Below, piece by piece: positions 30,726 through 38,028 of a stretch of DNA of 44,653 nucleotides; position 1 is the stretch's first letter; each line of letters starts with the position of its first letter. This DNA comes from Betaproteobacteria bacterium RIFCSPLOWO2_12_FULL_62_13 (GTDB taxonomy: Bacteria; Pseudomonadota; Gammaproteobacteria; Burkholderiales; SG8-41). Below the pieces are notes generated by a model. It was not told where the DNA came from and made no database searches. It was given only the letters and a program-made list of their open reading frames with translations. The translations under genes were made by a program, and so were the position numbers. The DNA is taken from assembly GCA_001771985.1 (NCBI GenBank), contig MERG01000361.1:1-44653 (forward strand), read 5' to 3'.

Positions 30726-33700
30726 ATGCTTCCCGCCTACGCGGAACTGCACTGCCTTTCCAACTTCACCTTCCTGCGCGGCGCCTCCCATCCGGAGGAA
30801 CTGGTTCAGCGCGCGCATGAACTGGGCTATAGCGCGCTCGCCATCACCGACGAATGCTCGTTTGCCGGTGCAGTCCGGGCTCACGTCGAGGCCAAGAAGT
30901 ACGGTCTGAAACTCATCATCGGAACCGAAATCAGGCTCGTCGACGGATTGAAGCTCGTGTTGCTCGCCATCGACCGCGAGAGCTACGGTCATCTCTCGGC
31001 GCTCATTACCCGCGGCCGGATGAATGCCTCGAAGGGAAGTTACCGTCTTGCGCGCGCTGATCTCGAACAGAACCTCGACGGCTGCCTCGCCGTCCTCGTT
31101 CCGCCGGCCTTGCCGGCTGCGAATCTCCCCATTCCTACCCTCACTCCTGACCTCTCTCCCAGAGGGAGAGAGGAAGCTCGAGCCTCCCTTCTTCCCCCGG
31201 GAGAAGGGTCGGGGATGAGGGACCGAGAAGGGCCGGGGGTGAGGGAAAATGAGATTCTTCAGCATGCGCGCTTCGTCGCTGAGCGCTTTCCGCATCGTGC
31301 CTGGATCGCCGCCGAGTTCTTGCACGGGCCCAATGATCGAGCCCGGCTCGCCGCGCTGCGCAAGCTGGGTAAAAGCACCGGTCTGCCCCTGGTTGCCGCC
31401 GGCGACGTGCACATGCACGTGCGCTCGCGCAAGGCGCTGCAGGACACGCTGACCGCAATCCGTCTGGGCATGCCGGTGCACGCACTTGGGCATGCGCTTT
31501 ACCCCAACGCCGAACAGCATTTGCGGCTGCGGCTGCGGCTCGCGCAGATTTATCCTCCGGATCTGCTCGCCGAAACTCTGCGCATCGCCGAACGCTGCGA
31601 TTTCTCGCTCGACAGCCTGCGCTACGAATATCCCGACGAGATCGTCCCTGAAGGCCTTACGCCCGCGAACTATCTGCGTAAACTGACCGAACAGGGCCTT
31701 GCCCGGCGTTTTCCGCAGGGTGCGCCCGCCCATGTGCGCAACCTCATCGAACACGAGCTCAAGCTCATTTCGGAACTCGAGTATGAACACTTCTTTCTCA
31801 CTGTGCACGACGTCGTGCAGTTCGCACGGTCCCAAGGCATCCTCTGCCAGGGACGCGGCTCTGCGGCGAATTCGGCGGTGTGTTACTGCCTCGACATCAC
31901 CGAAGTCGATCCCGCCCGCATGAACGTGCTGTTCGAGCGTTTTATCTCGCGCGAGCGAAACGAGCCACCTGACATCGACGTCGATTTTGAGCACCAGCGG
32001 CGCGAGGATGTCATCCAGTATGTGTACAACAAATACGGCCGCGATCGCGCCGCGCTGGCGGCGACCGTGATCACCTACCGTCCACGCAGCGCCTTGCGCG
32101 ATGCCGGCAAGGCGCTCGGGCTGGAACTGGCGCAGGTCGACCGGCTGGCCAAATCGATGATGTGGTGGGACGGCAGGCGGATCATGCCGGAGCGCTTGCA
32201 GCAGGCCGGCGTCGACATCGACAGCCCCGTGATCCAGCGCCTGATGATGCTGGTAAACGACCTTGTCGGTTTCCCGCGCCATCTGTCTCAACATGTCGGC
32301 GGTTTTGTGATTTCCCGGAGTCCCTTGTCGCGCCTCGTGCCGATCGAGAATGCGGCAATGCCGGAACGCAGCGTTATTCAGTGGGACAAGGATGACCTGG
32401 AGGCGCTTGGCTTGCTGAAAGTGGATGTGCTGGCGCTCGGCATGCTGTCGGCAATCCGGCGTGCGCTCGAACTCGTGAATCGCTATCGCGGCGGATCGCT
32501 CACGATGCAGGAGATACTCGATCGGGGGGACGACAGGGCAGTTTTTGAAATGATCCGGAAGGCGGACACCATGGGTGTATTTCAGATCGAGTCGCGCGCC
32601 CAGATGTCGATGCTGCCACGGCTGAAGCCCGAGAAGTTCTACGATCTCGTCGTCGAGGTGGCAATCGTGCGGCCGGGGCCGATCCAAGGGGGCATGGTGC
32701 ATCCCTATCTGCGCCGCCGGCAAGGCTTGGAGGCCGTGACCTATCCCTCCGATGCAGTCAAACAAGTGCTGGAGCGCACCTTGGGCGTGCCGATCTTTCA
32801 GGAGCAGGTCATGCAGTTGGCCATGGCAGCGGCCGGATTCACTCCGGGCGAAGCGGACGGACTGCGGCGCTCGATGGCAGCGTGGCGGCGCAAAGGCGGA
32901 TTGGAGCATTTCCATCCCCGCCTCATCAGCGGTATGCGGAAGCGTGGGTATTCGCAGCAGTTCGCCGAGCAGATCTACCAGCAGATCTGCGGCTTTGGCG
33001 AGTACGGTTTTCCCGAGTCGCATTCCGCGAGCTTCGCCCTGCTTGCCTATGTCTCCTCCTGGCTCAAGTACTATGAACCCGCCGCTTTTCTCGCCGCCAC
33101 GCTCAACAGCCAGCCGCTCGGCTTCTATTCCCCTTCCGAGCTCGTACAGGACGCGCGCCGGCACGGCGTCGAGGTGCGGCCTGTGGACGTCGCCGTGAGC
33201 GACTGGGACTGCATGCTCGAGACCCCCTCGGACGCTCTTGATAGCGATGAAAATGGTTATTTAGAAGCATATAGTCATGAAATAGCCCTCGACACAGACC
33301 GCCAATCACCAATCACTAATCACCAATCACGCCCTTCAACCCCAGCCGTGAGGCTGGGGTTGCGGATGACAAAAGGCCTCACCGAAGCCGGCGCCGAGCG
33401 CATCGTCACTGCGCGCAACGCCGCGCTGTTCGAGGACGTCAAGGATCTCGCACGTCGCGCGCGGCTCGACCGGCACGACCTGCGCAACCTCGCCGCAGCG
33501 GGCGCGCTCGCCGCGCTTTCGGGGCATCGCCACGCGGCACATTGGGCAAACGCCGGCATCGACACCGCACCCGGACTGCTCGAGGATGCGCCGGTCCGCG
33601 AGCCGCTGCCGCAACTCGTCCTGCCAACCGAGGGCGAGAACATCGTCGCCGATTACGCAAGCCTGGGGCTGACGCTCGGGCGCCATCCGCTCGCGCTGCT

Positions 33701-34046
33701 GCGCCGCCGCTTGTCGCGCATGCGGCTCGTCACCGCCGCCGATCTTTCGCGGCTGCCCCACGGCCGGCTCGCGCGCACCGCCGGCATCGTCACCTGCCGC
33801 CAGCGTCCAGGCACGGCGAAAGGCGTGGTGTTCGTCACCTTGGAGGATGAAACGGGGTACACCAATGTCGTCGTATGGAACAAGCTGGTGGAAAAACAGC
33901 GGCGCGAGCTGCTCCATTCAAGCCTGCTCGGCGTAGAAGGCGAGATTCAGCGCGAGGGTGAGGTCGTGCACCTTGTCGCCCATCGTCTTGTCGATCACAG
34001 CCGGTTGCTCGGCAGACTGGTCACGGAGTCGAGGGATTTTCACTGA
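30726..34046 (+). CDS. dnaE2: Error-prone DNA polymerase III alpha-like subunit DnaE2 (ImuC)
   Basis: MLPAYAELHCLSNFTFLRGASHPEELV (PHP domain), polymerase core, an HhH region and an OB-fold C-terminus (GVVFVTLEDETGYTNVVVW). Internal ATG 30726 of ORF 30666..34046. Contains two repeat-derived in-frame segments. Confidence 0.95.
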   Translation: MLPAYAELHCLSNFTFLRGASHPEELVQRAHELGYSALAITDECSFAGAVRAHVEAKKYGLKLIIGTEIRLVDGLKLVLLAIDRESYGHLSALITRGRMNASKGSYRLARADLEQNLDGCLAVLVPPALPAANLPIPTLTPDLSPRGREEARASLLPPGEGSGMRDREGPGVRENEILQHARFVAERFPHRAWIAAEFLHGPNDRARLAALRKLGKSTGLPLVAAGDVHMHVRSRKALQDTLTAIRLGMPVHALGHALYPNAEQHLRLRLRLAQIYPPDLLAETLRIAERCDFSLDSLRYEYPDEIVPEGLTPANYLRKLTEQGLARRFPQGAPAHVRNLIEHELKLISELEYEHFFLTVHDVVQFARSQGILCQGRGSAANSAVCYCLDITEVDPARMNVLFERFISRERNEPPDIDVDFEHQRREDVIQYVYNKYGRDRAALAATVITYRPRSALRDAGKALGLELAQVDRLAKSMMWWDGRRIMPERLQQAGVDIDSPVIQRLMMLVNDLVGFPRHLSQHVGGFVISRSPLSRLVPIENAAMPERSVIQWDKDDLEALGLLKVDVLALGMLSAIRRALELVNRYRGGSLTMQEILDRGDDRAVFEMIRKADTMGVFQIESRAQMSMLPRLKPEKFYDLVVEVAIVRPGPIQGGMVHPYLRRRQGLEAVTYPSDAVKQVLERTLGVPIFQEQVMQLAMAAAGFTPGEADGLRRSMAAWRRKGGLEHFHPRLISGMRKRGYSQQFAEQIYQQICGFGEYGFPESHSASFALLAYVSSWLKYYEPAAFLAATLNSQPLGFYSPSELVQDARRHGVEVRPVDVAVSDWDCMLETPSDALDSDENGYLEAYSHEIALDTDRQSPITNHQSRPSTPAVRLGLRMTKGLTEAGAERIVTARNAALFEDVKDLARRARLDRHDLRNLAAAGALAALSGHRHAAHWANAGIDTAPGLLEDAPVREPLPQLVLPTEGENIVADYASLGLTLGRHPLALLRRRLSRMRLVTAADLSRLPHGRLARTAGIVTCRQRPGTAKGVVFVTLEDETGYTNVVVWNKLVEKQRRELLHSSLLGVEGEIQREGEVVHLVAHRLVDHSRLLGRLVTESRDFH
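31138..31245. repeat. 108-bp REP-like palindrome cluster inside dnaE2: CCTCTCTCCC-aga-GGGAGAGAGG (31151-31173), CCCTTCT..AGAAGGG, and GGGTCGGGGATGAGGG / GGGCCGGGGGTGAGGG
   Basis: Read directly. It translates as TLTPDLSPRGREEARASLLPPGEGSGMRDREGPGVRE. The length is a multiple of 3. Confidence 0.8.
33238..33362. repeat. Composite module inside dnaE2: AT-rich purine-biased arm (33238-33287), (CAATCAC)2 TAATCAC CAATCAC (33303-33330), then a perfect 11-bp hairpin CAACCCCAGCC-gtga-GGCTGGGGTTG (33337-33362)
   Basis: Read directly. It translates in frame as DSDENGYLEAYSHEIALDTDRQSPITNHQSRPSTPAVRLG. Confidence 0.85.
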
Positions 34047-34049
34047 ATG

Positions 34050-34081
34050 AAAAAGCCCAGCGTTGCCAGGCTGGGCTTTTT
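34050..34081 (+). terminator. Rho-independent terminator after dnaE2 (A-run/T-run flanked, potentially bidirectional)
   Basis: AAAAGCCCAGC-gttgccag-GCTGGGCTTTT, a perfect 11-bp stem starting 5 nt after the dnaE2 stop. Confidence 0.85.
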
Positions 34082-34134
34082 CATAACATGGGCGCCCTGT
34101 GACGGAAAACAATCAGGGCGCGATACAAGAACTC

Positions 34135-34200
34135 AAGCCCCAACCGGTTGCCGGGCGGGGCTTTTCTGCTGAACGGTGCGTGACGATGTCCTGCTTTGCC
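34135..34200 (-). other. Diverged partial copy of the 5S rRNA 3' end (~25 nt) plus the rrn terminator hairpin
   Basis: Colinear with 44144-44212. Perfect 12-mers CGGGCGGGGCTT and TGACGATGTCCT are separated by 17 nt in both copies, with flanking AAGCCCCA, GGTGC and CTTT matches. Confidence 0.75.
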
Positions 34201-34542
34201 TTCGGCCGCCGTTAACGCGGCTCAACTTTTCGCTCGGCCGCGGCGAAAAGTTGGCCTACGCCGCAATCGGACGTGAGACGAACAAGCGAGTTTGACGGCC
34301 CATTGACGTCGCGAAAGTAGGAGATCGCTTTCGGCGCAGCCGGGGTGCGGGAAAGTGCTTGCCTCGCTCTGGCGGTTGGAATAGATTGCACGGTAATTGA
34401 CCAATAATCCCGCTCAAGACCCACTCAGCTCGCGGTCATCTCCCGGGGAGGAGGAAGCAAGAATGAGCATAAAGCCCATCATGCGCGAGTTGATCTCAAA
34501 CAGCGATTTGTAAACTCCTTCGCACGATGGCAGGGGAGAGAA

Positions 34543-35376
34543 ATGCTCATCACCGACGCACAAGTCCATATTTGGCGCGCCAACTCGCCCGAGCGTCCGT
34601 GGCGAGCCGGAGAGAAATCACATCGAGAACCGCCGCTCGAGGCAGATGAACTGTTGCATGAAATGGACGCTGCGGGAGTGAACCGCGCGATACTCGTGCC
34701 GCCGTTCCTGGATGGCGATCGCAACGATCTCGTGCTGGAGGCGGCGCGAGCGCATCCCGACCGTTTTGCGGCCATGGGCCGGGTTGATCTTGACGACCCC
34801 GCTTCCCGCAGGCTGATTCCGACATGGCGTCAGCAACCCGGAATGCTGGGCTTTCGCTATTCGTTCCACCGGCCGGCGCTGACGCCCGCGCTTACCGAGG
34901 GGCGCGTGGACTGGTTATGGGAAGGCGCAGAGAAAGCAGGCGTGCCAATCATGTTACATGTGCCGCATTCGATGGTGCACCTGATTGACCGCGCCGCTGA
35001 CCGTTATCCGGGACTGAAGCTCGTGATGGACCATCTCTCGCTTCCCATGGGCAAGAAGGATGAAGAAGCCTTCCGTGATCTGGACAAGCTGCTGGCGCTC
35101 GCCACGCGGCCCAATGTTGCGGTAAAGGTAAGTGCGCTGGCGTGCTACACGAACGACCCCTACCCTTATCGGAAACTACATCCGTACGTCCGGCGTGTCT
35201 TCGACGAATTCGGGCCCAGACGCACATTCTGGGGCAGTGACCTGTCGCGACTGTCTTGCACATACCGTGCCAGCGTCATGATGTTCACCGAAGAAATGCG
35301 GTGGTTTTCCGCCGACAACCTGGAATGGATCATGGGCCGTGGCTTAAGCCAGTGGCTGGACTGGAAACCGTACTGA
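34543..35376 (+). CDS. Amidohydrolase_2 (PF04909-like) family metal-dependent hydrolase
   Basis: ITDAQVHIW...GVNRAILVPP...HPDRF...MDHLSLP...FWGSDLS follows the LigI/ACMSD-type amidohydrolase pattern. GGGGAGAG RBS upstream. Confidence 0.75.
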   Translation: MLITDAQVHIWRANSPERPWRAGEKSHREPPLEADELLHEMDAAGVNRAILVPPFLDGDRNDLVLEAARAHPDRFAAMGRVDLDDPASRRLIPTWRQQPGMLGFRYSFHRPALTPALTEGRVDWLWEGAEKAGVPIMLHVPHSMVHLIDRAADRYPGLKLVMDHLSLPMGKKDEEAFRDLDKLLALATRPNVAVKVSALACYTNDPYPYRKLHPYVRRVFDEFGPRRTFWGSDLSRLSCTYRASVMMFTEEMRWFSADNLEWIMGRGLSQWLDWKPY

Positions 35377-35694
35377 AAGTCGTTTTATATAACCCCTTAG
35401 CCCGGTCTGGGCTTCAAGCTGAATCGTGAGGCGTTGAAGGACTCGCTTGTCAAAGCGTGATTGCTCTGCGGATTTTACTATCGACGCCACTATAAACCTC
35501 AGTAGTTCACGGGAAGGAGGAGTCCTGATAGCGATTCTTTAGCCTGACGTGAGGTAGCCTGTGATAGGTTTGCTTGATCTGCCGATTTGTGTCCAATGTT
35601 TGAGCGAAAGCCTATCCGAACTATGCCGTTGGAAATGGCTAGAACTTGACCCTTGGGTGGTCCGGCTCTAACATCTTATAGAGGGAACAAGAAC

Positions 35695-35957
35695 GGTTCT
35701 GGTGCAAGAACATCAGGGGAGTTGGGAGTATAGACTGATCGGGTTCGTCCCCGGAGCCGGTCATGACATCCTTGAGCCGCCTCAACACCGTGTTCAAGTA
35801 TCTGCACTTCGACCGCGAGATCATTATCCTCTGCGTTCGATGGTACGTAAGCTACAAGCTGAGCTGTCGGGATCTGGTCGAGATGATGGCCGAGCGCGGG
35901 GTTGAGCTTGCTCACACTGCGGTGCTCGGCCGGGTGCAACGATTCATAAGTGAGGAA
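35695..35957 (+). mobile_element. IS6-family remnant: terminal inverted repeat GGTTCTGGTGCAAGAAC (35695-35711) plus the first ~65 codons of the transposase (35763 onward)
   Basis: The IR resembles the IS6/IS257 GGTTCTGTTGCAAAG ends. The translation MTSLSRLNTVFKYLHFDREIIILCVRWYVSYKLSCRDLVEMMAERGVELAHTAV matches the IS26-like N-terminus. Confidence 0.7.
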
Positions 35958-35960
35958 TCA

Positions 35961-36902
35961 ATGGGCGACAAAGAGCTGACGGTGTTCTGCATGACCCCCA
36001 GCCCGTACCGCGAGGACGGCTTACTCGACGAGGAAGCGTTGCGCGTCCACCTGCGGCGCCTGGTAGCTGCCCGCACGGGACTCTTCCTCTGCAGCGGCGG
36101 TGCCGGCGAAGCTCACGTGCTCACACCCAAGGAGATGGGGCGGATCTACAAAGTCGGCGTCGAGGAGGCGAAAGGCAAGGTCCCCGTCTACGCCGGCCTG
36201 CGGGAGTCTCGGAGCGCGGCCGCGATGTACGAGGTCGCCAAGGAAGCGATCGACGCCGGTGTGGACGCCGTGCAGATTTATCAGCTCGACAATGGCCACG
36301 GGATGATCCCCAACGCGCGCGAGCAGGAGGCGTACTGGCGTGAGCTGCTTGACGAGATCCACATCCCGGTGGCCATCTCGATCCACTACGACGCGAAGTT
36401 CAGGGCGAGCACGCGACTGCTCCAGGACCTCGTCGCCCGCTACAAGCAGATCTGCGCGTTCAACCTCGTCGGCTCGCAGGTGGCGTACTTCCTCGAGTTG
36501 CGCGAAGCGATTCCGGAATCGATCAAGTTCTACTGTGGCGTCCCCGAGTTCGTCCAGTACGCGACGCTTGGCGCAGCGGGCTACATCAACCCGGCGGGCA
36601 ATATCATCCCCTACGTGTGCCGCAGACTCGTGGACGCATGGATGGCCGGCGACCTCCAGCAGGTTTCGCAGAGCAACTGCACCATTCAGCGCTTTCTCAG
36701 GATCGTCAACCAGTGGGCGCCGTCGACAGCGAGGTGGGTGAAGATGGGTATGAAGGTAAAGGGACTGGGCAACGGCGTCCTTCGCCTTCCTTATCTCCTG
36801 CCACCCGAGGAAGAGCTACGCAAGATGGCAGTCCAATTCGCCGCTCTGCGGATCGACGAGATGGAAGCCCAAGCCGCCGCGTATGTGCGCGGGCACGCCT
36901 GA
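35961..36902 (+). CDS. DapA/NAL-family (dihydrodipicolinate synthase-like) class I aldolase
   Basis: 313 aa from ATG 35961 (GAGGA 5 nt upstream), with DEEALRVHLRRLV and a TIM-barrel DHDPS-like pattern. It is in frame with the IS6 remnant in tracked ORF 35763..36902. The family call is moderate. Confidence 0.65.
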   Translation: MGDKELTVFCMTPSPYREDGLLDEEALRVHLRRLVAARTGLFLCSGGAGEAHVLTPKEMGRIYKVGVEEAKGKVPVYAGLRESRSAAAMYEVAKEAIDAGVDAVQIYQLDNGHGMIPNAREQEAYWRELLDEIHIPVAISIHYDAKFRASTRLLQDLVARYKQICAFNLVGSQVAYFLELREAIPESIKFYCGVPEFVQYATLGAAGYINPAGNIIPYVCRRLVDAWMAGDLQQVSQSNCTIQRFLRIVNQWAPSTARWVKMGMKVKGLGNGVLRLPYLLPPEEELRKMAVQFAALRIDEMEAQAAAYVRGHA

Positions 36903-37012
36903 GCCGGGCACTCGATCGAACAAGGCGGAGGTGTTGAAATGCACCGAATTCTGTTTCGGGATGCGCAGCGAATCTTGACCCACCCCTTTGTGAATCAGAA
37001 AGGAGGCTTAAC

Positions 37013-37972
37013 TTGAAAAAGCTTGTTCTCTCTCTCGTGATTGCTAGCGCGACTCAACTTGCACTCGCTCAGGAGTTTCCCAACAAACCGATACGCATCA
37101 TCGTGCCGTTCAGCCCCGGCAGTACGCTGGACATCCTCCCTCGCCTCCTTGCGCCCCACCTGAACCAGGCATTGGGACAGCCGGTAATAATTGAAAATCG
37201 CGCCGGCGCCGCCGGCGCGATCGGCACGCAAGCCGGCGCCAAAGCGACCCCGGACGGCTACACGCTTCTGATGTCGGCCGTGGGACCACAAGTCCACACC
37301 CCGATCCTCTACCCCAAAACGCCATATCATCCGGTCGAGGACTTTGCGGCAGTCTGCCAGGTCGCCACCGGACCACTGTCGATCGTCGTGCGGCCGTCGC
37401 TGCCGGTGCATAACCTAAAGGAACTGGTGGCGTTCGCCAAGAAACAACCCGGAAAGCTCAATTTCGGCTCAAGCGGCGTGGGCAGCGTCAACCACCTTCT
37501 CGGTGAGATGGTCAATCTCTACGCCGGCACCAAGATCGTGCATGTGCCGTACAAAGGCAATGCGGACGCGATCTCCAATCTGCTCGGAGGAGAGGTGGCG
37601 ATGGTCATGACGGGCGTCCCGGCAGTGATTCCGCACGCCAAAGCCGGAAAACTTCGCGTGGTTGTCATCACCGGCCGCAAGCGCATACCGAGCATGCCCG
37701 AGGTGCAGACGATGGCGGAGGCCGGTCTTCCGGAAGCCGAAATCGTGATCTGGTACGGCTTGGTTGCGCCGGCAGCGACGCCCAAGAAAATCATCGACCG
37801 GCTTAACCGCGAGGTCGTGAAGGTAATGAGTAGGCCGGATATACGCGCGTTGTTTTCCAAGCAGGGTGTCGATCCGGAGCCGGATTCCCCCGAAGAATTC
37901 GCGAAGATCATCCGCGACGACTATGCGCGCTGGACCAAGGTCATCCATGCGACAGGACTCAAGTTCGATTAA
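37013..37972 (+). CDS. Bug/TctC-family tripartite tricarboxylate transporter substrate-binding protein
   Basis: Signal peptide, then FPNKPIRIIVPFSPGSTLDILPR...PDGYTLL...VHVPYKGNADA. TTG start with AAAGGAGG RBS. Confidence 0.88.
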   Translation: MKKLVLSLVIASATQLALAQEFPNKPIRIIVPFSPGSTLDILPRLLAPHLNQALGQPVIIENRAGAAGAIGTQAGAKATPDGYTLLMSAVGPQVHTPILYPKTPYHPVEDFAAVCQVATGPLSIVVRPSLPVHNLKELVAFAKKQPGKLNFGSSGVGSVNHLLGEMVNLYAGTKIVHVPYKGNADAISNLLGGEVAMVMTGVPAVIPHAKAGKLRVVVITGRKRIPSMPEVQTMAEAGLPEAEIVIWYGLVAPAATPKKIIDRLNREVVKVMSRPDIRALFSKQGVDPEPDSPEEFAKIIRDDYARWTKVIHATGLKFD

Positions 37973-38028
37973 GCCCGTCTGAGTAGCTACGATTTTCCTA
38001 TTTGCTATTTACTTGAGGAGAAGTCCAG

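Noticed and set aside
30678-33164. 828-aa minus-strand ORF across dnaE2
   Set aside because: It is antisense to a clearly conserved DnaE2 and has no domain signatures. Its length is explained by GC-rich codon bias on the opposite strand.
34085-34542. tmRNA, RNase P RNA, 6S or SRP RNA near smpB or in this long non-coding gap
   Set aside because: I looked for a tRNA-like GGTTCGA...CCA end, a tag ORF ending in ALAA-stop, the GGAGGAAAGTCCGGGC P4 motif and the SRP GGAAGCAGCC motif on both strands. None were found. The only recognisable piece is the 5S 3'-end/terminator copy.
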